Shown piece by piece: positions 29,744 to 39,612 of a DNA stretch of 64,000 nucleotides. The notes below the pieces were generated by a model, which saw nothing but the letters and a program-made list of their open reading frames with translations, did not search any database and was not told the origin of the DNA. The first letter of the stretch is position 1. Every line of letters starts with the position of its first letter. The stretch is from Syntrophomonadaceae bacterium (GTDB taxonomy: Bacteria > Bacteroidota > Ignavibacteria > Ignavibacteriales > SURF-24): the NCBI GenBank assembly GCA_050259615.1, contig JBLNAZ010000056.1, forward strand, positions 1,589 through 65,588. The letters run 5' to 3'. The translations under genes were made by a program, and so were the position numbers.

Positions 29744-30081
29744 AGAGAACAAAATCCGGACGAAAGAGACCTGTAATTATTCTTACTCTCGTCTCAGCAT
29801 TTTTTGTTGCATCAGTTGTTTTACTGTATGTTGTTCTGAAACTTGAAATTGAGAAGCTTACGAAGGAAAAAATATATCTCGAAGAAACTTTGGAAGCTAA
29901 AAATAATGAAACCGTAATGCTTCAGGTTGAAGTGCAGAAGCTGGAAACGGAAGAAAGAATCATGCAACTGGCAGAATCCAGGCTGGAAATGGAAAAATTC
30001 TCCGAACCAAATATCATAATTGAAGTGGAGAAGGACCAGCTGGAAGAGGTTGTAAAAGAGATTAACAGCAAATATGAATAA
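29740..30081 (+). CDS. ftsL: FtsL-like cell division protein
   Basis: The 113-aa product has a single TM segment followed by a coiled coil, in the canonical rsmH-ftsI slot. ATGA overlaps the rsmH stop. Confidence 0.6.
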   Translation: MKRTKSGRKRPVIILTLVSAFFVASVVLLYVVLKLEIEKLTKEKIYLEETLEAKNNETVMLQVEVQKLETEERIMQLAESRLEMEKFSEPNIIIEVEKDQLEEVVKEINSKYE

Positions 30082-32095
30082 CAACAGAGCCTTACTGGTA
30101 ATTTTTGTGCTGATCGTTTTCTTTGCTGCTTTACTGATCAGACTCTTCGATATTCAGATCAGAAAACACGATGACTTTGATTACTATGCCAAGAATCAGC
30201 AGATTGAAAAAAAAGTCATCAGGGCGGAAAGAGGATTTATATACGACCGTAACGGCGAACTGCTCGTCTATGACCGTAATGACGTTTCATTTTTTGTTGA
30301 CGTAAGAATGACAAAGGCAAGGGATATAGATTCCCTGTCTGCAATTTTTTCCAGAGTGTTCGGTAAGACAAAAAACTACTACAGGAGCATGATGAAGGAT
30401 CCTGAGTCCAAGGTTATATGTCTTGAAAAGAAGGCTCCGGCAGAACTGGCCGTAAAGCTGAAAGACGTGAAAATTGACGGCCTCTTCTCAAAGGAAGATC
30501 CCACAAGGGTTTATTCCTATGATGCCCTTGCCTCACACGTCCTTGGCTATGTAGGCAACTCCTACGAAGGTATTGAAGGAGTTGAAAAATATTATAATAA
30601 AGAGCTTACCGGCAGCGATGGAAGTTTGATTATTGAAAGGGACGTAAAAGGAAGAATGGTAACAGTCGCAGAGGATGCAACCGTTCAGCCTGTGCCCGGA
30701 GATAATCTTGTTCTTACAATTGATAAATCTTATCAGAAGATACTGGAAGAAGAGCTTGGAAAGGGCCTGGAGCAGTATCAGAGTAATGCCGCAGTTGGCA
30801 TTATAATGGACCCAAACACAGGCGAGATACTGGCACTGGCAAATATGCCAGACTTTAATCCGAATAAATACGGGTCGTTTTCCGATGCCGTAAGACGCGA
30901 CAGGGCTCTTACTGATACATATGAACCGGGATCTACTTTTAAGTCGCTTACAATTTCGACTCTGTTTGACCAGAAACTTATCAAAGGCACAGAAAGCGTT
31001 TATGCAGAGAACGGAAAGTATAAATATAAAAATGTGAACATAACAGATTCACACAGGATGCAGTGGCTTACTGTAAAAGAGGTCATAGAACAATCGAGTA
31101 ATATAGGAATGGCAAAACTGATCGGCAGAATAGACGAAGATGAGTTTTATAAGTATCTGAGGAATTACGGCTTTGGGAATTATTCTTTTATAGACCTGCC
31201 CGGTGAAAGCAGGGGAACACTGAAGAAGCCTGGAAATTTTAACGAACTGACGCAGGCTTTTATGTCCTTTGGCTATGAGGTTTCAGTTACACCTATTCAG
31301 ATGGTAACAGCCTATGCGGCTTTGGTCAATGGAGGAACTCTTTATCAGCCTCACCTGCTTAGGAAAATTACCTCAAGGGAAGGCCAGGTAAAAGAGGAGT
31401 TTGCACCGAAGCAGCTTAGAAATGTGATCTCTAAAGAGACATCTGCAAAAATCAGAAATCTTCTGGTCGGTGTAATTGAGAATGGATCTGCAAAGACAGC
31501 AAAGCTAGACAAGGTGACAGCCGGAGGCAAAACAGGAACTTCACAGCAGCTGATCAATAATAAGTATTCGAAGTCCAGTTATAATTCGTCTTTTATAGGC
31601 TTTTTTCCGGCTGACAAGCCGAAAGTTCTCTGCTATATTTATATGAATGCACCCCAGCTGGGCCGTTTCGGAGGCCTTGTGGCAGCGCCTATATTCAAGA
31701 ATGTTGCTGAAAGACTTATTTCAACAGATATAAGCCTGCTTTCAGGAAATGAAGTTAAAATAGATGACAGGACAAAGTTTGACAGGGTGATTACTGCTAA
31801 TGAAAAACTTGATGGAAATAAAAAATATTCAGACGTTCCTCAGACCAGTCCATCTGGAAGTTACTCTTTAGCAGGTAAGACCAGAATAGTGAATAAAAGT
31901 GAGATGCCTGATTTAAGCAGCTATTATCTAAGAGACGCTGTGGCGGTGTTGTTGGAAATGGGTATAAAGTATAAGATAGAAGGCAGCGGCAAGGTGGTTT
32001 CACAAAGCCTGCAGCCCGGAACGAAAATAATACCGGGGCTTATCTGCCAGTTAAAATGTGAAGAAAAGAAATTAACCGGGGCGAGGATTAACTGA
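30074..32095 (+). CDS. ftsI: Penicillin-binding protein FtsI (class B PBP) with a C-terminal PASTA domain
   Basis: After an N-terminal TM segment, the transpeptidase motifs STFK (EPGSTFKS), SSN (QSSNIG) and KTG (GKTGTS) are present. The C-terminal MPDLSSYYLRDAVAVLLEMGIKYKIEGSGKVVSQSLQPGTKI is PASTA-like. Confidence 0.88.
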   Translation: MNNNRALLVIFVLIVFFAALLIRLFDIQIRKHDDFDYYAKNQQIEKKVIRAERGFIYDRNGELLVYDRNDVSFFVDVRMTKARDIDSLSAIFSRVFGKTKNYYRSMMKDPESKVICLEKKAPAELAVKLKDVKIDGLFSKEDPTRVYSYDALASHVLGYVGNSYEGIEGVEKYYNKELTGSDGSLIIERDVKGRMVTVAEDATVQPVPGDNLVLTIDKSYQKILEEELGKGLEQYQSNAAVGIIMDPNTGEILALANMPDFNPNKYGSFSDAVRRDRALTDTYEPGSTFKSLTISTLFDQKLIKGTESVYAENGKYKYKNVNITDSHRMQWLTVKEVIEQSSNIGMAKLIGRIDEDEFYKYLRNYGFGNYSFIDLPGESRGTLKKPGNFNELTQAFMSFGYEVSVTPIQMVTAYAALVNGGTLYQPHLLRKITSREGQVKEEFAPKQLRNVISKETSAKIRNLLVGVIENGSAKTAKLDKVTAGGKTGTSQQLINNKYSKSSYNSSFIGFFPADKPKVLCYIYMNAPQLGRFGGLVAAPIFKNVAERLISTDISLLSGNEVKIDDRTKFDRVITANEKLDGNKKYSDVPQTSPSGSYSLAGKTRIVNKSEMPDLSSYYLRDAVAVLLEMGIKYKIEGSGKVVSQSLQPGTKIIPGLICQLKCEEKKLTGARIN

Positions 32096-33567
32096 TGGAA
32101 TTGACTAAGCTGGTAAATAGTATAAGAGTCATTCAGCTTGCCGGCGAAGTTGAACGCAAGGATATTGAATCAATATCCTACGATTCAAGAACGGTTAAAA
32201 AGAATACGCTCTTTGTTGCCATCACTGGGTTCAATACCGACGGGCATAAGTTTATCCTTGATGCCATAAATAAGGGAGCTACGGCGGTAGTTCTGGAAAA
32301 TGATAACCTTATTCCTAACGAAGTATTTATTCACCGCAATGTTACAAAGATACTTGTTAGAAATACCCGCCAGGCACTGGCGGAAATTTCAAATGCATTC
32401 TACAAGGAGCCTTCAAGGAAACTTCAGCTTGTTGGAATTACCGGCACAAAAGGCAAGACTACAACATCGTTTTTTGTTAAGAATATATTTGAAACCGCAG
32501 GCTATAAGACCGGTATGATCGGTACTATTGCCAATTTTATCGGGCAGAGAAGAATCTATACAGCGATGACGACTCCTGAATCATCCGACTTAAACCAGCT
32601 CTTTGCAGAAATGGTTAATGAAGGATGCACTCATGCAGTTATGGAAGTCTCATCACACTCATTGGTCTTAAACAGAGTAAAGAATTTAAGCTTCCAGGGA
32701 GCTGTTTTTACAAACATTACTTCCGATCATCTGGATTTTCATAATACATTTGAAGAGTACCTGAAAGCCAAGAAAATTTTATTTGACGAGCTGGGAAGTG
32801 AGGCTTTTGTTGTTTTTAACACCAATGACCCCAGTTCAGAAAGTGTTATTTCAGAAACAAAAGCGAGAGCCTTTTCATACGGCACAAAAGAAGGTGCAAC
32901 ATTCCAGGTCATGAATATCAACTACGACTTGAACGGTACTACTTTTAAGATCCGTTATAACAATGAAGATTTTAACATTAAAACCCGCCTTGTCGGCGAG
33001 TTTAATGCATTTAATGCCGCAGCTGCTTTTGCTGTTGCAAGCCTTGCAGGAATAAAGACTGAAGATATCGTAAAGGGAATAGATACCACTCCACAGGTTG
33101 CAGGCAGGTTTGAAACCTTAAGTTACAAAAATAAAAAAGTAATTGTTGACTACAGCCACACGGCTGACAGCCTGGAAAAGGCTCTCCTTGCGATCCAAAG
33201 TATTACCAAAGGGCAGAATCCGGTATATACCGTGTTTGGATGCGGCGGCAACAGGGACCGCACAAAAAGACCTGTAATGGGAAAGATTGCAAGTGAACTG
33301 AGCAAAGAGGTTATCGTTACTTCAGATAACCCCAGACATGAAGACCCCATGGCAATTATCTCTGAGGTAACAAAAGGGATTGAAAAAAATAATTATAGAA
33401 TAATTGAGAACAGGGAAGAAGCCATAAAGACGGCCATTGAACAGTCTGAGGATAATGCAGTTATTCTTGTTGCCGGCAAGGGCCACGAAACCTATCAGGA
33501 AATAAAAGGTGTAAGAAACCATTTTTCAGACATAGAAATCGCTGAGAAGTATTTAAGAAATGAATAA
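32095..33567 (+). CDS. murE: UDP-N-acetylmuramoyl-L-alanyl-D-glutamate--2,6-diaminopimelate ligase
   Basis: The Mur ligase P-loop is GITGTKGKTTT. DYSHTADSLE and the DNPR motif (SDNPRHEDP), typical of mDAP-adding MurE, are also present. Confidence 0.92.
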   Translation: MELTKLVNSIRVIQLAGEVERKDIESISYDSRTVKKNTLFVAITGFNTDGHKFILDAINKGATAVVLENDNLIPNEVFIHRNVTKILVRNTRQALAEISNAFYKEPSRKLQLVGITGTKGKTTTSFFVKNIFETAGYKTGMIGTIANFIGQRRIYTAMTTPESSDLNQLFAEMVNEGCTHAVMEVSSHSLVLNRVKNLSFQGAVFTNITSDHLDFHNTFEEYLKAKKILFDELGSEAFVVFNTNDPSSESVISETKARAFSYGTKEGATFQVMNINYDLNGTTFKIRYNNEDFNIKTRLVGEFNAFNAAAAFAVASLAGIKTEDIVKGIDTTPQVAGRFETLSYKNKKVIVDYSHTADSLEKALLAIQSITKGQNPVYTVFGCGGNRDRTKRPVMGKIASELSKEVIVTSDNPRHEDPMAIISEVTKGIEKNNYRIIENREEAIKTAIEQSEDNAVILVAGKGHETYQEIKGVRNHFSDIEIAEKYLRNE

Positions 33568-34942
33568 GCCAAAAATTACATTAGAAGATCTGTTTAACCT
33601 GACGGGATCAGTTATTTATAATCCCGATTCCTTTTCGTCTTCTGCACTCGTTTCAACAGATACAAGGACCATTAAAAACGGTGCCATATTTGTTGCCATA
33701 AAAGGTGAGAAAATGGACGGGCACGCTTTTGTTGAAGAAGCTGTAAAAAAGGGAGCTTCGGCAGTTGTAGTCAATAAGACCAAGCTGAAAAATTTTGATA
33801 AAATTGACGTTACTTTAGTTGCAGTAAAAGATACAACAAAGGCTTATGGCGAGCTTGGAAAGATCTGGCGCGATAAGTTAAACGCCAAAGTGGTCGGAAT
33901 TACAGGCAGCAACGGGAAAACCACAACTAAAGAATTCCTCTCGCAGATCCTGGAGGAAAAATTCAGTGTAGCCAAGACACTTTCAAATAATAACAACCAT
34001 TTAGGTGTTCCCCTTACAATACTTTCTGCGGCCGGGAATAAAGATGCTCTGGTGCTTGAACTTGGTACAAATCATTTTGGTGAAATTGCCTATACGGCGC
34101 AGATTGCAAGGCCTGACTATGCACTGATAACAAATATCGGTGAGTCGCACCTTGAGTTTCTGCACGACCTGAACGGCGTTGCAGAAGAAAAGATTGCGCT
34201 TTTTCAGGCCGTTAAAGACACAGATGCAAAATTATTACTTAATACTGATGACAGGATATTAAAGAAAAAGCTAAAAGAATATAAAAACGCCGTTACTTTC
34301 GGTTTTGAAGGCAGCCCCAAGGTTAAAGGCACGCTAAAGGGAATTAATAAAGAGGGAAAGACTACCCTCGGAATTACCTATAAGGAAAAGGAATTTGAAG
34401 TTCAGCTGCCCGTCCACGGCCTGAGTAATGCAAAGAATTTCCTTGCTGCTTCAGCTGTTGCGCTCGAGATGGGATTAAAGCCTTCCGAGATAAAAAGCGC
34501 TGCCAAAAAGCTTAAACCAGTCGATAAGCGACTTAACGTAAAGGTTATCGACAACTTTATTCTTGTAGATGACACTTATAATGCAAATCCTCTATCCATG
34601 AAATCGGCATTTGAATTCATTAGCGGTTTTGATGGCAGAAAAAAAATTGCAGTCATCGGCGACATGTTTGAACTTGGCAGTGAAACCGTCCAGGCACATA
34701 AGGATCTGGCAAAATCTGTTAAGAAAAATAAAATAGACGAAGTTTACACACTTGGTAAATTCATGATGAAGCTTAACCGTGAACTTCAAAACGGAAAAAT
34801 TGTAAAGCGGCATTTTAAGGACAGAAATTCACTTGGAAAGTTTCTTCAGAGTAATGGTTTCGCTCAGTCGGTTGTTCTTGTAAAAGGCTCACGCGGTATG
34901 AAAATGGAAGAGTTTGTAAAAATTTTGGAAGGAAGAAAGTAA
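33560..34942 (+). CDS. murF: UDP-N-acetylmuramoyl-tripeptide--D-alanyl-D-alanine ligase
   Basis: Motifs present are GITGSNGKTTTKE, GTNHFGEI, DDTYNANP and KGSRGMKME. Confidence 0.9.
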   Translation: MNKPKITLEDLFNLTGSVIYNPDSFSSSALVSTDTRTIKNGAIFVAIKGEKMDGHAFVEEAVKKGASAVVVNKTKLKNFDKIDVTLVAVKDTTKAYGELGKIWRDKLNAKVVGITGSNGKTTTKEFLSQILEEKFSVAKTLSNNNNHLGVPLTILSAAGNKDALVLELGTNHFGEIAYTAQIARPDYALITNIGESHLEFLHDLNGVAEEKIALFQAVKDTDAKLLLNTDDRILKKKLKEYKNAVTFGFEGSPKVKGTLKGINKEGKTTLGITYKEKEFEVQLPVHGLSNAKNFLAASAVALEMGLKPSEIKSAAKKLKPVDKRLNVKVIDNFILVDDTYNANPLSMKSAFEFISGFDGRKKIAVIGDMFELGSETVQAHKDLAKSVKKNKIDEVYTLGKFMMKLNRELQNGKIVKRHFKDRNSLGKFLQSNGFAQSVVLVKGSRGMKMEEFVKILEGRK

Positions 34943-34947
34943 AAGAG

Positions 34948-36057
34948 ATGTTTTATTATTTGTTAGAATACATTAATAAAGTATTTAATCCCCCGGGATT
35001 TGACCTTTTCAGGTTTTTAACCTTCAGGGCTGCACTTTCAGCAATATCATCCCTGTTCTTATCGTTGTATTTAGGACCCAAGCTTATTAGCTACTTAAGG
35101 AAAAAGCAGATTGGCGAGGCAAAGAAAATTGATGGGCCGAAGAGCCACTGGTCAAAGGCTGGAACGCCTACAATGGGCGGTATTATAATAATTTTTTCCA
35201 TAGTTGTGCCCGTGCTCCTCTGGAGCGATATTAAAAGCGTGTACATCATTCTTGTTATGGCGGGCACTATCTGGCTAAGCGGCGTTGGATTCCTGGACGA
35301 TTACTTAAAGGTGATGAAAAAATTCCCTAACGGCCTTATTGCAAGATATAAGCTTTTAGGGCAGGTAATGATAGGACTTGTTGTTGGCGTGGCTGTATAC
35401 TTTCTGCCGGAATTCAGGGACGTTAACTCGATAACAACTCTTCCGTTCTTTAAGGATACAAATTTTGATTTCTCGTATCTCTACATCCCGGTGATTGTTT
35501 TTATTATTACTGCTACTTCAAATGCAGTAAATCTTACTGACGGCTTAGACGGACTTGCAATAGGCAACATTATGATTGTAATGATAGCCCTTGCAATTTT
35601 AAGTTATGTTTCGGGAAATATTATTTACGCAGACTACCTGAATATTATCTATCTGCCGGGTTCGGGAGAACTGATTGTCTTTGTTGCTGCAGTACTCGGC
35701 GCATCGCTCGGGTTTTTGTGGTTTAATTTTTATCCGGCCCAGATTTTTATGGGCGACACCGGATCCCTTGCACTTGGCGGCGCCTTCGGTATTATAATGA
35801 TTCTTATAAAGAAAGAGCTATTAATACCTATACTCGGCGGCGTTTTCTTTCTCGAAACGGTTTCGGTTATACTGCAGAGACTTTATTTCAAGTATACGAA
35901 GAAGCGCTACGGCGAGGGCAAAAGAATTTTCAAGATGGCTCCCATCCATCACCATTTTGAGATGGAAGGATGGCCTGAACCTAAGATTGTGGTCAGATTC
36001 TATATCCTGACAATTATTTTAACAATTTTCAGTTTAACAACATTTAAGATAAGATGA
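34948..36057 (+). CDS. mraY: Phospho-N-acetylmuramoyl-pentapeptide-transferase
   Basis: The protein is polytopic. Motifs present are K.GTPTMGG, NAVNLTDGLDGLA, FMGDTGSLALGG and APIHHHFE. Confidence 0.93.
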   Translation: MFYYLLEYINKVFNPPGFDLFRFLTFRAALSAISSLFLSLYLGPKLISYLRKKQIGEAKKIDGPKSHWSKAGTPTMGGIIIIFSIVVPVLLWSDIKSVYIILVMAGTIWLSGVGFLDDYLKVMKKFPNGLIARYKLLGQVMIGLVVGVAVYFLPEFRDVNSITTLPFFKDTNFDFSYLYIPVIVFIITATSNAVNLTDGLDGLAIGNIMIVMIALAILSYVSGNIIYADYLNIIYLPGSGELIVFVAAVLGASLGFLWFNFYPAQIFMGDTGSLALGGAFGIIMILIKKELLIPILGGVFFLETVSVILQRLYFKYTKKRYGEGKRIFKMAPIHHHFEMEGWPEPKIVVRFYILTIILTIFSLTTFKIR

Positions 36058-37403
36058 TTAACGTAACGGGAAAGAATATAAGCATATTAGGCGCTGTCAG
36101 AAGCGGACTTGGTGCTGCAAGGCTTGTAAAGGCACTTGGCGGCGTTCCGTTTGTAAGTGATTCTGCTCCAAAAGAGAAAATCCAGAAGAATCTCGATGTA
36201 CTCGAGAGCGAAAATATATCGTATGAATTTGGCGGACACACCGAAAGGGTATTTGACTGCGAATTTATGATCACTTCTCCCGGGGTGCCTTCAGAATCAC
36301 AGGTGCTTCAAAGCGCAAGAGAAAAGGGAATTAAGGTCATCAGCGAAGTGGAATTTGCTTCTAATTTCTGCAAGGGAAAAATAATTTCTATTACAGGTAC
36401 AAACGGTAAAACCACTACAACAAGCCTGTGCGCCCATGTGTTAAATGAATGCGGAATGAAAACCTATCTGGCAGGAAATATTGGTATTGCTTTTTCAGAC
36501 CTGGTATTAAGCGTTAAGGAAGATGAATGCGTTGCTCTGGAGACTTCAAGTTTTCAGCTGGACCATATTGATTCCTTTAAGCCCTTTGTTTCAGCTATAT
36601 TAAATATTACGCCGGATCACCTGGATCGTTACGACCATAACATCCAGAACTACATAAATTCAAAGCTGAATGTATTTAAGAATCAGAATGAAAATGACTT
36701 CCTGATATTAAATGCCAATGACGAAAAAACCCCTTCTGAAATCAGCAATACAAGGGTTAATAAATTTTATTTCTCGCTGCAGAAAGAAATGGCCAATGGC
36801 GCCACACTTGAAGATGGCAAAATGGTCTTCAGGCGCAATGGCAGCGTGGAATTCAGCTGCGGAATAAATGAATTCAGCCTGGTAGGCGAGCATAACTACG
36901 CCAACGCGATGGCTGTTATTATAATTGCAAAGATACTTAACCTTGATAACGACAAAATAAAGTCTGCCCTTGGAAATTTCCCCGGGGTTGAGCACCGTCT
37001 GGAATTCGTTCGCGAGCTGGACGGAGTAAAATATATAAACGATTCCAAGGCTACCAATGTAGACTCGGTCTGGTACGCTTTAAGAAGTTTTGAAGACCCC
37101 ATTTTCCTCATCCTTGGCGGAAAGGACAAGGGAAATGATTATAACCAGATAAAAGACCTGGTTGTAAGTAAAGTAAAAAAGATTTATGCAATCGGTTCTT
37201 CTGCCGATAAGGTATTTAACTTCTTCCATAACCTTGTAAAAGTGGAAGTCAAAAAATCACTGGAAGAGTGCGTTTCAACTGCAAGCAGTGAGGCAAGGGA
37301 AAAAGACGTTGTACTGCTTTCACCTGCCTGTGCAAGCTTTGACATGTTTAACGATTATGAACACAGGGGAAGAGTATTTAAAGAAGCAGTAAATAAATTA
37401 TGA
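36054..37403 (+). CDS. murD: UDP-N-acetylmuramoylalanine--D-glutamate ligase
   Basis: Motifs present are ITGTNGKTTTT, NITPDHLDRY, HRLEFV, NDSKATN and SPACASFD.F. Confidence 0.92.
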   Translation: MINVTGKNISILGAVRSGLGAARLVKALGGVPFVSDSAPKEKIQKNLDVLESENISYEFGGHTERVFDCEFMITSPGVPSESQVLQSAREKGIKVISEVEFASNFCKGKIISITGTNGKTTTTSLCAHVLNECGMKTYLAGNIGIAFSDLVLSVKEDECVALETSSFQLDHIDSFKPFVSAILNITPDHLDRYDHNIQNYINSKLNVFKNQNENDFLILNANDEKTPSEISNTRVNKFYFSLQKEMANGATLEDGKMVFRRNGSVEFSCGINEFSLVGEHNYANAMAVIIIAKILNLDNDKIKSALGNFPGVEHRLEFVRELDGVKYINDSKATNVDSVWYALRSFEDPIFLILGGKDKGNDYNQIKDLVVSKVKKIYAIGSSADKVFNFFHNLVKVEVKKSLEECVSTASSEAREKDVVLLSPACASFDMFNDYEHRGRVFKEAVNKL

Positions 37404-38512
37404 ATCTGAAGTATTTAAGCAGAATATTCTATATCTCGATACTGGCCTTAATAATTGTGGGCTCAGCCCTGGTACTCAGTGCCAGCAGTGCTTACAGTGC
37501 ATTAAGGTTTCATGACAACCTTTACAGGTTGTTTTCTGCTCATATTATCAGGGTGGTTATTGCAATATTTGCTCTTGTGGCGTTCTCGATTATTCCTTAT
37601 GAACATTATAAAACATACAGCAAGAAAATCATAATCGGGGCTGCGGGACTTCTATTACTGACGCTTTTTATTGCTCCTAACGTAAAAGGAGCAGGCAGAT
37701 GGATCAACCTTGGGCTGTTTTCCTTTCAGCCTTCTGAAGTAGCCAAGTTTTTACTCATTGTGCATCTGGCCTATCTGATAGAGGCAAAAGGAGATGAGTT
37801 AAGGGATTATAAAAACGGTTTTAAGTATCCTCTGGTATGGGTTATAATAATAGCCGGGCTCATTTTTGTTCAGCCAAATGTCAGTACAAGTCTTGTTGTA
37901 GCAACAATAGCCTTTACGCTTTTGTTTGTCGGCGGAGCCAGGATTACACATATCGTCTCTACGGTTGGTCTTGCCGGAGCTGCAGCATTCTGTTTCATGA
38001 TGATGTTTCATCATTCACGGCAGAGAATTCTGACATTTTATAACAGCTTCGGAAGCGGAAATGAAATTAATATACAGGTTGCCCAGGGTAAGATAGCTCT
38101 GGGAAGCGGCGGATTAATCGGTTTGGGATTGGGGCAAAGCAGGCAGAGTGACCTGTTTCTACCCGAGGCATATGGCGATTTTATTTTCTCGATCCTTGGC
38201 GAGGAATTAGGCTTTATTGGAGTTGTAATTATACTGCTGGTTTATCTGCTAATATTTTTCGCCGGTATAGTTATAGCCAAGAATGCAAAGGACAAGTTTG
38301 GCCAGCTTCTGGCATTTGGAATTAGTTTTACAATAATTATAAGTGCTTTTATTAACGCCGCGGTGGTAACGGGGATATTCCCGACAACCGGTATTCCGCT
38401 CCCTTTTATCAGCTACGGCGGAACATCTATTATATTTATGTGCGGTGCTGCCGGTGTAATAGTTAACATAGCAGTAAGATCGCACAAAGCAAAAACAGCA
38501 GTCAGTAAATGA
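37400..38512 (+). CDS. ftsW: Cell division protein FtsW (SEDS family peptidoglycan polymerase)
   Basis: The protein has about 10 TM segments. Motifs present are GAGRWINLG.FSFQPSE.AK, LPEAYGDFIFS and P..G.PLPFISYGG(T)S. Confidence 0.9.
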   Translation: MNLKYLSRIFYISILALIIVGSALVLSASSAYSALRFHDNLYRLFSAHIIRVVIAIFALVAFSIIPYEHYKTYSKKIIIGAAGLLLLTLFIAPNVKGAGRWINLGLFSFQPSEVAKFLLIVHLAYLIEAKGDELRDYKNGFKYPLVWVIIIAGLIFVQPNVSTSLVVATIAFTLLFVGGARITHIVSTVGLAGAAAFCFMMMFHHSRQRILTFYNSFGSGNEINIQVAQGKIALGSGGLIGLGLGQSRQSDLFLPEAYGDFIFSILGEELGFIGVVIILLVYLLIFFAGIVIAKNAKDKFGQLLAFGISFTIIISAFINAAVVTGIFPTTGIPLPFISYGGTSIIFMCGAAGVIVNIAVRSHKAKTAVSK

Positions 38513-39612
38513 AAAAAACAGAAACAAAATATCGTTTTCTATTTGCCGGAGGCGGCACGGGCGGACATTTATTCCCGGCGATTGCTGTTGCTGAAAAAAT
38601 TAAAATGCTTAAGCCCGAAAGTGAGTTTCTGTTCCTGGGCACAAAGTCAAAAATTGAAGCCGTTGTTGTTCCAAAATTGGGCTACAATTTTAAGACTATA
38701 TGGATTAAGGGGGTGGCGCGCAGGTTTGACGTCCGGAATTTCCTGTTTCCGCTGAAGCTTGCGGTGTCACTGGTGCAGTCGCTCTGGATAAATATCCGTT
38801 TTAAGCCTAATGTTGCAATCGGTTCAGGCGGCTATGTCTCAGGACCGGCAGTCTGGGGGGCTTCAGTAATGGGTGCAAAGGTAATTCTCCTGGAACAGAA
38901 TAGCTATCCCGGAATAACAACCAGGCTTCTTGAAAAGAAAGCTGCCGAAATTCATCTTAGTTTTGAAGACTCCAGGAAGTACTTAAAGGATCCGTCAAAG
39001 CTCTTCGTAACTGGAAATCCCGTGCGATCAAGTCTTCAGCTTGAAGAAAAATCCGGTGCCCTGAAGAAATTCAACCTTACTGAAGGCAAAAAAACGGTTC
39101 TTATTCTAGGCGGCAGTCTTGGTGCAAGATCTCTAAACGAAGCAGTAGCCAGAGCAATTCCTGCATTTGTGAAAAATGACATTCAGGTAATCTGGCAGAC
39201 AGGCAAAAACTATTTTGAGACCTATAAGAGTCTTCAGGCACCATCGGTCTGGTTAAATCCATTTATTGAGGATATGGGGGCTGCGTTTTCAGCCTGTGAC
39301 CTCTTGATTTCAAGAGCCGGAGCTACGACGATAGCCGAGATTACAATGCTTGGTATACCGACAATATTTGTCCCGTCACCCAATGTGGCGGCTAACCATC
39401 AGTACTTAAATGCAAAGTCGCTTTCTGATAAGGATGCTGCAATTCTTCAGCCCGACAACAAAGTAAGTGAAGAGCTTGCTGAAAAAGTGCTCGAAGTGAT
39501 TTTTGACGGCAACCGGCTTGGGAAGCTTTCTAATAACGTAAAACTCTTTGGTAAACCGGATGCTGCTTTAATAGTGGCGCAAAATGCAATTAAGCTGGCG
39601 GAGTCTTTATGA
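38509..39612 (+). CDS. murG: UDP-N-acetylglucosamine--N-acetylmuramyl-(pentapeptide) pyrophosphoryl-undecaprenol GlcNAc transferase
   Basis: Motifs present are AGGGTGGHLFPA.AVA, GGSLGA and SRAGATT.AE. Confidence 0.92.
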   Translation: MKKTETKYRFLFAGGGTGGHLFPAIAVAEKIKMLKPESEFLFLGTKSKIEAVVVPKLGYNFKTIWIKGVARRFDVRNFLFPLKLAVSLVQSLWINIRFKPNVAIGSGGYVSGPAVWGASVMGAKVILLEQNSYPGITTRLLEKKAAEIHLSFEDSRKYLKDPSKLFVTGNPVRSSLQLEEKSGALKKFNLTEGKKTVLILGGSLGARSLNEAVARAIPAFVKNDIQVIWQTGKNYFETYKSLQAPSVWLNPFIEDMGAAFSACDLLISRAGATTIAEITMLGIPTIFVPSPNVAANHQYLNAKSLSDKDAAILQPDNKVSEELAEKVLEVIFDGNRLGKLSNNVKLFGKPDAALIVAQNAIKLAESL

